Shown: positions 30,122 through 39,956 of the stretch, one piece after another | Numbering within the stretch: the first letter of the stretch is position 1 | How the letters are laid out: the number at the start of each line of letters is the position of its first letter | From: Endomicrobiaceae bacterium | Lineage (GTDB): Bacteria; Elusimicrobiota; Endomicrobiia; Endomicrobiales; Endomicrobiaceae | DNA: 62,011 nucleotides | Assembly (NCBI GenBank): GCA_045586665.1 | Contig: JAZNAT010000160.1 | Coordinates: 1 to 62,011 of the forward strand | Reading direction: 5' to 3' | Program-made: the position numbers and the translations under genes | Notes under the pieces: model-generated | What the model was told of the DNA's origin: nothing | Database searches by the model: none | What the model saw: only the letters and a program-made list of their open reading frames with translations

Positions 30122-31660
30122 ATGAAAAAAGATAAAGTAGTTTTTTTTGATACGACATTGAGAGACGGAGAGCAATCGCCCGGAGCAAGTATGACGCTGC
30201 CGGAAAAAATTTTGGTAGCTCAGCAGCTGGCCGCCATGAACGTTGACATTATAGAGGCGGGTTTTCCGATATCAAGCGAAGGTGATTTTGAATCCGTGAA
30301 ACAGATTGCACAACAGGTAAAAGGACCGGTTATTTGCGGGTTGTCAAGAGCTAACGAAAAAGATATTACCGCTTGCTGGAACGCTATAAAATATTCCAAA
30401 AAACCGAGAATTCACACTTTTATAGCAACGTCGGATTTGCATATAGAAAAAAAATTACAGAAAACAAGACAACAAGTTTTTGATATGGCGGTAAATGCCG
30501 TTAAGTTGGCAAAGAAATTTTGCGATGACGTCGAGTTTTCTGCCGAAGATGCCAGCAGAAGTGACGTAGACTATTTGTGTTCCGTTATTCAAGCCGTTAT
30601 TGAAGTCGGTGCAACGACGGTAAACATTCCGGATACCGTAGGTTACGGCATTCCTTCCGAATTCGGTAAATTGATAGCTACTATAAAGCAAAACGTCAAA
30701 AATATAGATAAAGCCGTAATAAGCGTTCATTGCCACAATGATTTGGGGTTAGGCGTTGCAAATTCGTTAGCTGCAATAGAAAACGGTGCAAGACAGATAG
30801 AATGTACGATTAACGGTATAGGCGAAAGAGCCGGAAACGCAGCTTTGGAAGAAATCGTAATGGCTATAAAAACAAAGCCGATGTTTTATCCGGTATCGTA
30901 CAATATAAAGACGAAAGAAATTTATAAAACGAGTAAACTGGTTTCCAATTTAACCGGTGTTGTGGTTCAACCCAACAAAGCTATCGTCGGTATAAATGCT
31001 TTTGCACATGAATCCGGCATTCATCAGGACGGTATGTTGAAAGATAAAAGTACTTACGAAATTATGTCTCCGCAGGATGTGGGAGTTCCCGAAAGTATGT
31101 TGGTATTGGGCAAACATTCAGGCAGACATGCTTTTTTTAAAAGATTGAAAGATTTGGGTTATAAGTTGGACGCTGCCGTCATGGAAGATTTGTTTGCAAG
31201 GTTCAAACTGTTGGCGGATAAGAAAAAATGTATTTTCGATGATGATATAGACTCTTTGGTCGAACAGGGCGTTTCCGGGGTAAAAGAGATTTATTCCGTA
31301 GATTACGTAAACGTTACCTCGGGAGTAGGCGTAATTCCTACGGCGACGATAAGATTGATAAAAAATATTAAAAATAAAAAAGAAATTTTACAGGAAGCAG
31401 CTTGCGGTGCAGGACCTGTAGATGCGGCTTACAGAGCGATAGATAAAATAACCGGTTTAAAAGTGGATTTGGAAGATTATACTTTAAGAGCGATTTCCGG
31501 CGGAGAAGATGCGCAGGGTGAAGTTAACATTAAAGTAAAATACGACGGTGCGACTTATACCGGTAAAGGAATGTCGACAGATATCGTCGAAGCGAGTATA
31601 AACGCTTACATTCATGCCGTAAATAAAATAGTTGTAATGCAGCTCGGAGGTAAAAAATAA
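30122..31660 (+). CDS. leuA: 2-isopropylmalate synthase (LeuA/CimA family)
   Basis: '[13 protein letters not shown]', '[16 protein letters not shown]', '[16 protein letters not shown]', plus a C-terminal LeuA-type regulatory domain. Confidence 0.85.
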   Translation: MKKDKVVFFDTTLRDGEQSPGASMTLPEKILVAQQLAAMNVDIIEAGFPISSEGDFESVKQIAQQVKGPVICGLSRANEKDITACWNAIKYSKKPRIHTFIATSDLHIEKKLQKTRQQVFDMAVNAVKLAKKFCDDVEFSAEDASRSDVDYLCSVIQAVIEVGATTVNIPDTVGYGIPSEFGKLIATIKQNVKNIDKAVISVHCHNDLGLGVANSLAAIENGARQIECTINGIGERAGNAALEEIVMAIKTKPMFYPVSYNIKTKEIYKTSKLVSNLTGVVVQPNKAIVGINAFAHESGIHQDGMLKDKSTYEIMSPQDVGVPESMLVLGKHSGRHAFFKRLKDLGYKLDAAVMEDLFARFKLLADKKKCIFDDDIDSLVEQGVSGVKEIYSVDYVNVTSGVGVIPTATIRLIKNIKNKKEILQEAACGAGPVDAAYRAIDKITGLKVDLEDYTLRAISGGEDAQGEVNIKVKYDGATYTGKGMSTDIVEASINAYIHAVNKIVVMQLGGKK

Positions 31661-31661
31661 A

Positions 31662-32921
31662 ATGGGTCACACTATAACGGAAAAAATATTGGCTGCTCAC
31701 TGCGGCAAAAAAGAGGTTGTTGCGGGCGAGTTTATAGAACCGAAAGTTGATATTTCTTTGTCCAACGACGTTACGGCGCCTCTTGCCGTAAAAGAGTTTT
31801 TAAAAACTGGAACTAAAAAAGTTTTTGACAAAAATAAAATAGCTTTTGTTATGGACCATTTTACACCGAACAAAGACATAAAATCCGCCGAAAACGTTAA
31901 ATTTGTGCGCGAGTTTGCAAAAGAGCAGAAAATAAAACATTACTATGAAGGTGGAAACGTAGGAGTGGAACATGCTTTGCTTCCTGAAAAAGGTATTGTC
32001 GTACCGGGAGATATCGTTATAGGTGCCGATTCTCATACGTGTACTTACGGGGCGCTGGGTGCATTTTCTACCGGTGTGGGTTCTACCGACGTAGGTGCTT
32101 CACTTGCAACCGGTAAAGTATGGTTGAAAGTTCCTCAAACGATAAAGTTCATTTATAAAGGCAAACTTAATAAGTTTGTAAGCGGTAAAGATTTGATACT
32201 TTATACGATAGGTAAAATAGGAGTTGACGGTGCTTTATACCAAACTATGGAGTTTACCGGAGAAGTCGTAAAAAAATTGAAAATGTCCGACAGACTTACG
32301 ATGGCAAACATGGCTATAGAAGCAGGCGGAAAATCCGGAATTTTTCCGGTAGATAAGATAACTTTGGATTATGTTTCAAAAAGAGCTTTAAGAAAATTTA
32401 AAATTTACGAAAGCGATAAAGATGCAAAATATGCCGACGTTATAGAGATAGACTGTTCCGAAATATATCCTCAGGTCTCGTTACCGTTTTTGCCGTCGAA
32501 CGCAAAATCCGCGAAAAGTTTGAAAAAAACATATATCGACCAAGTGGTTATAGGTTCGTGTACTAACGGAAGATTGGAAGATTTAAGAGTGGCTGCCGCA
32601 ATTTTAAAAAATAAAAAAGTAAACAAAAACGTAAGAACAATAATTATACCGGCAACACCGCAAGTTTATGAAGACGCTTTAAAAGAAGGTCTGTTAAAAA
32701 TTTTTATTGAGGCGGGGGCGGTAATTTCGGCTCCCACATGCGGTCCTTGTTTGGGCGGACATATGGGCATCCTTGCTTCCGGTGAAAAGTGCGTTTCAAC
32801 TACGAACAGAAATTTTGTCGGCAGAATGGGACATACGAAATCGGAACTTTATCTTGCAAGTCCGGCTGTTGCGGCCGCTTCTGCAATTAAAGGTTATATT
32901 GAAGACCCGACCAGAATTTAA
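31662..32921 (+). CDS. leuC: 3-isopropylmalate (or homoaconitate) dehydratase large subunit, 419-aa type
   Basis: '[15 protein letters not shown]', 'IGSCTNGR', 'CGPCLG' aconitase-family Fe-S ligand motifs. Confidence 0.85.
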   Translation: MGHTITEKILAAHCGKKEVVAGEFIEPKVDISLSNDVTAPLAVKEFLKTGTKKVFDKNKIAFVMDHFTPNKDIKSAENVKFVREFAKEQKIKHYYEGGNVGVEHALLPEKGIVVPGDIVIGADSHTCTYGALGAFSTGVGSTDVGASLATGKVWLKVPQTIKFIYKGKLNKFVSGKDLILYTIGKIGVDGALYQTMEFTGEVVKKLKMSDRLTMANMAIEAGGKSGIFPVDKITLDYVSKRALRKFKIYESDKDAKYADVIEIDCSEIYPQVSLPFLPSNAKSAKSLKKTYIDQVVIGSCTNGRLEDLRVAAAILKNKKVNKNVRTIIIPATPQVYEDALKEGLLKIFIEAGAVISAPTCGPCLGGHMGILASGEKCVSTTNRNFVGRMGHTKSELYLASPAVAAASAIKGYIEDPTRI

Positions 32922-32985
32922 AAGTTTTGTTTTTAGGAAAGAAATTATAATTGAAATTCCGAATTTGTAAATTTAAGGTTAAAAG

Positions 32986-33016
32986 CGGGAAGATATGAAA
33001 ATATCTTCCCGTTTTT
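32986..33016 (+). terminator. rho-independent terminator after leuC
   Basis: Stem CGGGAAGATAT / ATATCTTCCCG, loop GAAA, then TTTTT. Confidence 0.85.
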
Positions 33017-33232
33017 ATATGTCAGTTATGTATTTACGTTAATTGCATAACCAAACCGACTAAAAAAATACTGTTTAATAATTATGTTTTCAATTTTTTC
33101 CGTCAAAGTGGCTTTAAATGCAACTTCAAAATTAAAAAGTCTGGGTTCACCGACTTTTAAACAGGCAATTTCGGATTAAAAAGTCACAAAACTTTGTCGG
33201 AAGGACACATAATAATTATAATTATTTTTTTC

Positions 33233-33276
33233 TTGACAAGTTTTTTATTATATGTTATATTACTTACCGGTCGGTA
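33233..33276 (+). promoter_or_regulatory. promoter of the TetR/efflux operon with a probable operator palindrome
   Basis: TTGACA (33233-33238), 17-nt spacer, TATATT (33256-33261). The palindrome TACCGgtCGGTA (33265-33276) lies immediately downstream, as expected for an autoregulated TetR. Confidence 0.6.
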
Positions 33277-33306
33277 GATAAAATTATTGTTTTATAAGAT
33301 GAAGAT

Positions 33307-33888
33307 ATGAGAAATAAAATTTTAAAAGAAGCCTTCAAATTAATTTCAAAAAAAAGCATAAAAGATGTTTCCATGCGGGAAATATCCCAGGCCTGCAACA
33401 TAACAAAACCGTCTTTATATTATTATTTTAAGGATAAAGATGAAATTTGTTGTACTATAATGCGCTACATTGTAGAAAAACAAAATAAGGATTTGCAAAA
33501 ATATTTTAATTCGGATATGTCGTTAAAAAATATTTTGTTTGCGGTTTTTCAAAAAGCTTATAAATTACAAGGCAGAAAATATTTGACTTTTTTTATACAT
33601 TTTGTAGATTATATAGTTTCAAACCGCAAGCTGGAAAAAAAGGTTGTTTCTGTAAAAGATACGAATAATAAAATTTTTAAATCCATATTTTTAAGAGAAG
33701 TTGATAAAAAAAACATATCTTTAAAAGATGCCGAAATAGGATACGGTCTTATGCGGGCATGTCTTCACGACGTCGTTTTTATGTCGGAAGAATTGAATAA
33801 AGATTATCCGAAAGATATTACAGAGGCAATTTTAAATGCAATAAATTATAAAGGAGTAGAAAAAAATATATGGGAGTCGGAAAAATGA
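33307..33888 (+). CDS. TetR-family transcriptional regulator
   Basis: N-terminal HTH 'VSMREISQACNITKPSLYYYFKDKDE'. Confidence 0.85.
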   Translation: MRNKILKEAFKLISKKSIKDVSMREISQACNITKPSLYYYFKDKDEICCTIMRYIVEKQNKDLQKYFNSDMSLKNILFAVFQKAYKLQGRKYLTFFIHFVDYIVSNRKLEKKVVSVKDTNNKIFKSIFLREVDKKNISLKDAEIGYGLMRACLHDVVFMSEELNKDYPKDITEAILNAINYKGVEKNIWESEK

Positions 33889-35267
33889 AAAAATTACTAG
33901 CTTCATTTTTACTCTTTGTTTTTTCCGTAAACGTTTTTGCGGATTATGTGCAGGAAAATCCGATGAATGCAAAATTGTTTGAAGAAATACAAAGACTGCA
34001 GAAAGGAACAAGGATAACGATAAAAGAAGCCGTACAAATGGCATTAAAAGACAGTTATCAAGTTTATTCTGCAAGTAAGACAAAAGAAATATATGAGGAA
34101 ATTTACAGACAAATGAAATCGTCATATTATCCTTATATAAACTTTGATGCGAGTTATAACAGAGCTTTGTTAAGGACACACAGACTGGATGAAGACGCTG
34201 ATAAAATGGTAGAAGCAACAAAAGTCAACAATACTTATGATGCACAATTGCAGGCAAATTGGGTTTTGTGGACAGGAGGAAAAATAAAAAATAACAAAGA
34301 GTACGGAAAATTGCAAGCCGATAGTGCCGATTATAAATTGAAACATACAAAATCTTTGGTTGTAAAAGAAGTAATAAATTACTGTTATACGATAATTTAT
34401 GCATCTGCGTTGGTTCATGTTCAGGAGACATATTTGGATATAGCCAAACAGCATTTGGAAGAAACTAAAGCAAGATATAAACAAGGACTGTCCAGTAATT
34501 TGGACGTATTGACTCAACAGGTAAGAGTTGACAATATTGTTCCGCAAGTGTTACAAGCTAAAAAAAATGTAGAAATGGCTACATTGAGTTTAAGACAAAT
34601 ATTGAATAAAGATCCGGAAAATCCTATATATTTGACTTGGACTAAAAATGATTTGGAAGTTCCGAACACAAAAGACATTCAGCAGTTATATAATATAGCT
34701 TATGAGAAAAGACCTGAACTGATAGTATCGAAATTGGCGGTAGATATTGCAGAAACCAATTTGAAAATAGCGGAAGCGGAACACTATCCTAATCTTTCCG
34801 CTTATGGAAACTACGGATATTTCGGATATACGAAAGAAGGTTTGCCCGATGAAAATCATTATTATTGGGGAGCAAATGTCGGGTTACAACTGAGTTTGCC
34901 TATATTTAATGGCTTTTCAATAAGTTCGCAAGTAAAACAAAAAGAAAAATATTATGAAGATGCGCAAAGAAGCTATGAAAATTTAAAAAAGAACGTAAGA
35001 ATACAGGTAAAATCCGCATGGCTTAATTTGGAAGAAGCAAAAAAAAGAATTGAGTCTACAAAAGGAGTAGTAAGCCAGGCTCAGGAAAATTTAAACTCAA
35101 AAATGTTGAGATATAGAAACGGGTTGATAAGCCAGCTGGAGTTAAACGATGCTATATCGGATTTGAACGATTCCAACTTGACGTTCGTTCAGGCGGTATA
35201 TGACGCACAGGTAGCTTTGTCTGACTTAAATTATGCGGTAGGAATGGAGATAAAAGATTATGAATAA
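33885..35267 (+). CDS. TolC-family outer-membrane efflux protein
   Basis: Signal peptide 'MKKLLASFLLFVFSVNVFA'. Two repeated OEP-type coiled-coil halves. ATGA overlap with the tetR stop. Confidence 0.8.
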   Translation: MKKLLASFLLFVFSVNVFADYVQENPMNAKLFEEIQRLQKGTRITIKEAVQMALKDSYQVYSASKTKEIYEEIYRQMKSSYYPYINFDASYNRALLRTHRLDEDADKMVEATKVNNTYDAQLQANWVLWTGGKIKNNKEYGKLQADSADYKLKHTKSLVVKEVINYCYTIIYASALVHVQETYLDIAKQHLEETKARYKQGLSSNLDVLTQQVRVDNIVPQVLQAKKNVEMATLSLRQILNKDPENPIYLTWTKNDLEVPNTKDIQQLYNIAYEKRPELIVSKLAVDIAETNLKIAEAEHYPNLSAYGNYGYFGYTKEGLPDENHYYWGANVGLQLSLPIFNGFSISSQVKQKEKYYEDAQRSYENLKKNVRIQVKSAWLNLEEAKKRIESTKGVVSQAQENLNSKMLRYRNGLISQLELNDAISDLNDSNLTFVQAVYDAQVALSDLNYAVGMEIKDYE

Positions 35268-36195
35268 TCAGAAATTAAAAAAACAAGAAGAAAAAAACAA
35301 TTCGGGTGCAATTGTTGTATGGAGTGTCGTTGTATTGACGGCAATTTTTATTGTGTATCAGGTTGCGTTTAAAAAAGACAATTCGGCAATTTTAAACAAT
35401 GTTGCAAAAGACGTTTTTATAGTTAAAACGGAAAAAGTTGAAAAAAGAGATTTAAAGCATCAGCTGATAACTTCCGGCAGCATTAAAGCGTTGGAAGAAG
35501 CCGTTTTATATCCGAGGATAAACGGTAAATTGCAGAAAAATCTTTTAAAAGAAGGGGATAGAGTTCAAAAAGACCAAACGGTATCTTTAATAGATAGAGA
35601 CGAAGTAGGTGCAATATATGAGCCGGTAGTAGTTCCGTCGACGTTGTCGGGAGTGGTAGGAAGAATTTATCTTGATCCCGGTGAAAATGTCACGACGGCA
35701 ACTCCGGTTGCTTTAATCGTAAACCAGTCAACCGTAAGAATAAAAGTTGATGTTCCGGAAAGATATGTCGGCGAAATATATAAAGGGCAAAGGGCAACTC
35801 TTACCGTAGAAGCTTTGCCGGAAAAAACGTTTGATGCAAAACTTGACATTATAAGTCCCGTCGTAGATTCTTTAAGCAGAAGTGTAGCCGTCGAGTTTAA
35901 AGCCGACAATTCAAAAGGTTTGTTAAAGTCCGGCATGTTTGCAAGAGTTGATATTTCTTTAAAAGAAGTAAGAAACGTTTTATCTCTTTCCAAAAAGAAT
36001 ATTTATGAGGATGAGAACGGCAAAAATTACGTTTTGGTTCCGTCAGAAGATAAAAAAACGGCCGTCAGAAAAGATATAGACGTTAAATTTAAAAACAATA
36101 ACAATTGGCAGATTGCAGGACTTAACGAAGGCGATGAAGTGTTGCAGTTCGTTTACGGAATTAAAGACGGCAGTAAGATAGAGATAGAAAAGTAG
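35260..36195 (+). CDS. efflux RND periplasmic adaptor (membrane fusion protein)
   Basis: N-terminal TM anchor and a HlyD/biotinyl-lipoyl-like beta-barrel pattern. Lies between the TolC and RND pump genes and overlaps the TolC stop. Confidence 0.8.
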   Translation: MNNQKLKKQEEKNNSGAIVVWSVVVLTAIFIVYQVAFKKDNSAILNNVAKDVFIVKTEKVEKRDLKHQLITSGSIKALEEAVLYPRINGKLQKNLLKEGDRVQKDQTVSLIDRDEVGAIYEPVVVPSTLSGVVGRIYLDPGENVTTATPVALIVNQSTVRIKVDVPERYVGEIYKGQRATLTVEALPEKTFDAKLDIISPVVDSLSRSVAVEFKADNSKGLLKSGMFARVDISLKEVRNVLSLSKKNIYEDENGKNYVLVPSEDKKTAVRKDIDVKFKNNNNWQIAGLNEGDEVLQFVYGIKDGSKIEIEK

Positions 36196-36206
36196 GAGTT
36201 TAAAAT

Positions 36207-39200
36207 ATGCAAGAAAACAAATCTTCAAAAAAACACAGCGGTTTTGCCGCATTTTTCATACACAGACCTGTTCTTACCATAATGGTAAGCGTATCGTTGA
36301 TGTTCCTCGGACTTATGGGATACAACAATATGGGTGTGAGTATGTATCCGAATATGGATATTCCTGCTACGGTTGTTCAAACCGTATTAGTCGGTGCAAG
36401 TCCGGAAGAAATTGAAACTTCAATATCAAAATATATAGAAGAAGGAGTCAACGAAATTTCCGGTGTGGACGAAATTCATTCTTATAACATGGAAGGCGTT
36501 TCAATCGTGTTTGTCAAGTTTGATATGGACAAAAATCCGGATGTCGGTATTCAGGAAGTAAGAGATAAAATAGAACAGGTAAAGTCAAAGTTTCCCGACG
36601 GAACAGACCCATCGGTAGTGTTGAAGCTCGATATGGATGCACAAGCTGTTTTAAACGTTGTAGTTACAGGTAACAGAGACATTATAGAACTTACCGAACT
36701 TGCAAAAAAAAGAGTTAAAGAAGTTATAGAAAATACTTCCGGAGTAGGTTCGGTAAATATCGTCGGAGGAAGAGAAAGAGAAATTCACGTTACGATAAAT
36801 CCTTTAAAACTTTATTCGCTGCAAATACCTATAACCGACGTTACTTCCGCACTTGCACAGCAGAATTTTGAAATTCCCGGCGGAACTGTGGAACAGAACC
36901 ACGATTATTACAGTTTGAGAATTTTGGGAAGAGTTCCGACAGTAGAAGAATTTAAAAACATATTCGTAGCGACTAAGAACGGAGTTCCGATAAAACTTTC
37001 CGACGTTGCCGAAGTTGAAGATAGCGGTGAATATGAAGAACAAAGTACTGTTTTGGACGGTGTCAGATGCGTTACTTTGGAAGTAACGAAACAGAGCGGT
37101 TCCAATACGTTAAAAGTTATTGACGGTGTAAAAGAAAAAATCAAAAATATAGAAAAAACATTGCCTCCCGATATGAAAATCGCGGTAATGTCCGACCAAA
37201 GCGGTTCCATAAGAGCGTCAGTAAATACCGTGCTTGAACATCTTTTCCTCGGTGCATTTTTGGCGGGTATAATGGTTTTGGTATTTATGGGCTCTTTAAG
37301 GTCAACATTCATATCGTTTCTTGCAATACCTATATCCATCGTCGGTGCGTTCATTTTTATGAATATGAACGGTTTTACGTTGAACAATATTACACTGCTC
37401 GGGTTAACGGTTGCCGTAGGTATAGTTATTGATGACGCTATCGTTATGTTGGAAAATATTTACAGGCATATGGAAAAATATAATAAAAAACCTGAAGATG
37501 CCGCCGTTGACGGCGCAAAAGAAATTACAGCAACCGTTATAGCAACGACGCTTGCAATTCTTGTTATATTTTTGCCGCTTGCTTATATGGGCGGAATTGT
37601 CGGCAGAGTTTTAAGCAGTTACGGATGGACGGTAGTTTTTGCAATTGCGTTGTCGGGTATAGTCGCTTTAACTTTAACGCCTATGCTTTGTGCGAAAATG
37701 TTGAAAAAGACCGAAGGTGAAAACAAACTTGACAAAATTGTAAGCGATATAAACGCTTATTTGGTTAAACTGTATATACCTGTTTTAAATTGGTCCATAC
37801 ACCATAAAACGGTAATGATAATATTAGCTTTCTTATGCATATTTGCAATACTTCCTATGATAAAAACTATGGGAGGGGAATTTTTCCCTCAGGAAGATTC
37901 CGGTAAAGTTCAGGTTCAGGTTAAAGCCGAAGAAGGTACGAGTTATCATGACATAAAAGAAATTTTAGGACAGCTTGAAACCGATATCAGAAGATTGCCT
38001 TATATAAAAAGAGTGTTGAGCGTTGCAGGTAAAGGCGGCGACGGATTAAGCTCTTTTTCAAGTTCAAATCCGAGTAATAAGGGATATTTGGAAATTGAAT
38101 TGGAAGATAGAAATGCAAGACATAAAATAAGAACATCAAAATATATTGAAAATATCAGAGAAATGTTAAAGAAGTATGACGGTCTTAAAACGTCTGTTAT
38201 CGTCAGGAGTGAAGGTGCCGGAAACGGAAACAAAGAAGTTCAGTTAAGTTTAATGGGACCGGATTTTGAAAAACTTATCGGTTATGCCAATATGACGATG
38301 GATAAACTTGCGCAAGATCAGCGTTTTATAGATTTGGATTTATCTGTGGATTTGGCAAAACCCGAATACAGAGTCGTAATTAACAGAGATAAAGCCAACA
38401 ACTTAGGTGTCAACGTTACCGCAATTGCGGCGGCTTTAAGGACAATGGTCGGCGGGGAAGATGACATTACAAAATATAAAGAAGGCGACGAGTTGTACGA
38501 GGTAAGAGTAAGAGTTGCCGAAGAATATAGAAATACTAAAGAAGCTATTTGTGCGCTTATGGTTCCGGCACGAATTGACGGTAAAGATACGGTTGTCCGT
38601 CTTGACAGCATTGCGGATCTTGAAGAAGGAGTAGGTCCGAGCCAAATTAACAGAGTTGCAAGACAAAGAGAAGTGAGAGTTGAAGCAAACCTTAACGGTC
38701 TTGATACCAGAACGGCGATTCAGATAATGCAGGACACCTTTTATTCTTTGAAAGCTGATCCGGAATATACTATTATGCAAAGCGGTATGGCAAAAGAAAT
38801 GGGAAAAATGTTCGTTTCTTTTATAATGGCTTTCATTTTGGCTTTTATATTTAAGTACATAATTCTCTGTGCTTTAATGGAAAAGTTTACTCATCCTATT
38901 GCTATTATTATCAGTTTGCCTTTAACGATACCTTTTGCGTTGTTTGCTTTGATGATAACGGGACAAACTTTAAACATTTTCAGTTTGCTCGGAATGTTTA
39001 TGTTGGTGGGAGTTGTAAGTAAAAACGCAATTTTGCAGACGGATTATACAAATCAGCTAAGAGCAAGAGGTTACGGCAGAACAAACGCCATACTTGAAGC
39101 AAATAAAGTAAGATTAAGACCTATTTTAATGACTACGTTGACGCTTATAGTCTCGATGATACCAATGATGATATCAAATGGAGAAGGTGCCGATACGAGA

Positions 39201-39389
39201 AGAAGTTTGGCTATAGTTATCGTGGGCGGACAACTTTTGTCGCTGCTTGTTACGCTGCTTATGACACCGGTAACTTATATTATAGTCGATTCTATCGGCG
39301 ACTGGGTAAAACATAAAGTTTCGGGCTCTCCCATACCTAAAGATGAAGATGCCGAAGTGATATTGGACGAAGTTCCCGATAAATATTAA
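36207..39389 (+). CDS. RND efflux transporter permease (AcrB/HAE1-like)
   Basis: 1060 aa with 12-TM architecture and two large periplasmic loops. 'VGIVIDDAIVMLENI' and 'VGVVSKNAILQTDY' are conserved RND motifs. Confidence 0.9.
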   Translation: MQENKSSKKHSGFAAFFIHRPVLTIMVSVSLMFLGLMGYNNMGVSMYPNMDIPATVVQTVLVGASPEEIETSISKYIEEGVNEISGVDEIHSYNMEGVSIVFVKFDMDKNPDVGIQEVRDKIEQVKSKFPDGTDPSVVLKLDMDAQAVLNVVVTGNRDIIELTELAKKRVKEVIENTSGVGSVNIVGGREREIHVTINPLKLYSLQIPITDVTSALAQQNFEIPGGTVEQNHDYYSLRILGRVPTVEEFKNIFVATKNGVPIKLSDVAEVEDSGEYEEQSTVLDGVRCVTLEVTKQSGSNTLKVIDGVKEKIKNIEKTLPPDMKIAVMSDQSGSIRASVNTVLEHLFLGAFLAGIMVLVFMGSLRSTFISFLAIPISIVGAFIFMNMNGFTLNNITLLGLTVAVGIVIDDAIVMLENIYRHMEKYNKKPEDAAVDGAKEITATVIATTLAILVIFLPLAYMGGIVGRVLSSYGWTVVFAIALSGIVALTLTPMLCAKMLKKTEGENKLDKIVSDINAYLVKLYIPVLNWSIHHKTVMIILAFLCIFAILPMIKTMGGEFFPQEDSGKVQVQVKAEEGTSYHDIKEILGQLETDIRRLPYIKRVLSVAGKGGDGLSSFSSSNPSNKGYLEIELEDRNARHKIRTSKYIENIREMLKKYDGLKTSVIVRSEGAGNGNKEVQLSLMGPDFEKLIGYANMTMDKLAQDQRFIDLDLSVDLAKPEYRVVINRDKANNLGVNVTAIAAALRTMVGGEDDITKYKEGDELYEVRVRVAEEYRNTKEAICALMVPARIDGKDTVVRLDSIADLEEGVGPSQINRVARQREVRVEANLNGLDTRTAIQIMQDTFYSLKADPEYTIMQSGMAKEMGKMFVSFIMAFILAFIFKYIILCALMEKFTHPIAIIISLPLTIPFALFALMITGQTLNIFSLLGMFMLVGVVSKNAILQTDYTNQLRARGYGRTNAILEANKVRLRPILMTTLTLIVSMIPMMISNGEGADTRRSLAIVIVGGQLLSLLVTLLMTPVTYIIVDSIGDWVKHKVSGSPIPKDEDAEVILDEVPDKY

Positions 39390-39452
39390 ACGGAAAAACG
39401 AATATCATCGAATATCATAAGAATGAGTTTATGAAAGTATAAACGGAAAAAA

Positions 39453-39481
39453 CGGGAAGAAAATTTTTTCTTCCCGTTTTT
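39453..39481 (+). terminator. rho-independent terminator after the RND pump
   Basis: Stem CGGGAAGAAAA / TTTTCTTCCCG followed by TTTTT. The stem sequence is nearly the same as the terminator at 32986. Confidence 0.8.
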
Positions 39482-39536
39482 ATCTGTTTCTTTAAATTGA
39501 CGATTATGTTTTTATCAATTATCGTCATAAAAACGT

Positions 39537-39564
39537 AAAAAAACCGCTCTTGTGAGCGGTTTTT
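39537..39564. terminator. bidirectional hairpin, likely terminator of tRNA-Gln
   Basis: ACCGCTC-TTGT-GAGCGGT, flanked by an A run on one side and a T run on the other. Lies 15 nt beyond the tRNA-Gln 3' end on the minus strand. Confidence 0.6.
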
Positions 39565-39579
39565 GAATTATTCTTAAAC

Positions 39580-39651
39580 TGCCCGACCTGGGCTCGAACC
39601 AGGACTATTCTGTTCCAGAGACAGATGTGTTACCAATTACACCATCGGGCA
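39580..39651 (-). tRNA. tRNA-Gln (anticodon CUG)
   Basis: The reverse complement folds by hand into a 72-nt cloverleaf: acceptor TGCCCGA/TCGGGCA, D stem GTGT/ACAC, anticodon stem TCTGT/ACAGA with loop CTCTGGA, T arm CCTGG-TTCGAGC-CCAGG. Confidence 0.9.
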
Positions 39652-39682
39652 ATCAAGCTTCTACAATTGTTCCTATCTTTAT

Positions 39683-39711
39683 ATTATACAAAAAGTATTT
39701 TTTTTTGGCAA
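39683..39711 (-). promoter_or_regulatory. sigma-70-type promoter for tRNA-Gln
   Basis: On the minus strand: TTGCCA, 17 nt, TATAAT. The -10 element ends about 31 nt upstream of the mature tRNA 5' end. Confidence 0.6.
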
Positions 39712-39956
39712 TAAGAAAATTTAAAAAATTACGGATTTCTTTTGTCTTGCAAATATCCGAATAACGGACATTTTTTATCGCTTAAAACGATATTTTTTAT
39801 TTTTGCGAAAAAAAAATTCGGTTGATATGGTACATTTGCAATTTTCGCAAAAAATCGGATCACAAAAATTACTTGTTTTTATTAATTTATTTTTTTTCCT
39901 AATAACTTTATTATATAATATAAAAATACGCAATAAAAATTTGGGAGAAAAGAAAA

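Noticed and set aside
32773-32970. Track ORF (65 aa) at the leuC 3' end, considered as a possible leuD remnant.
   Set aside because: It is an out-of-frame overlap with leuC. The translation has no LeuD/aconitase swivel-domain motifs.
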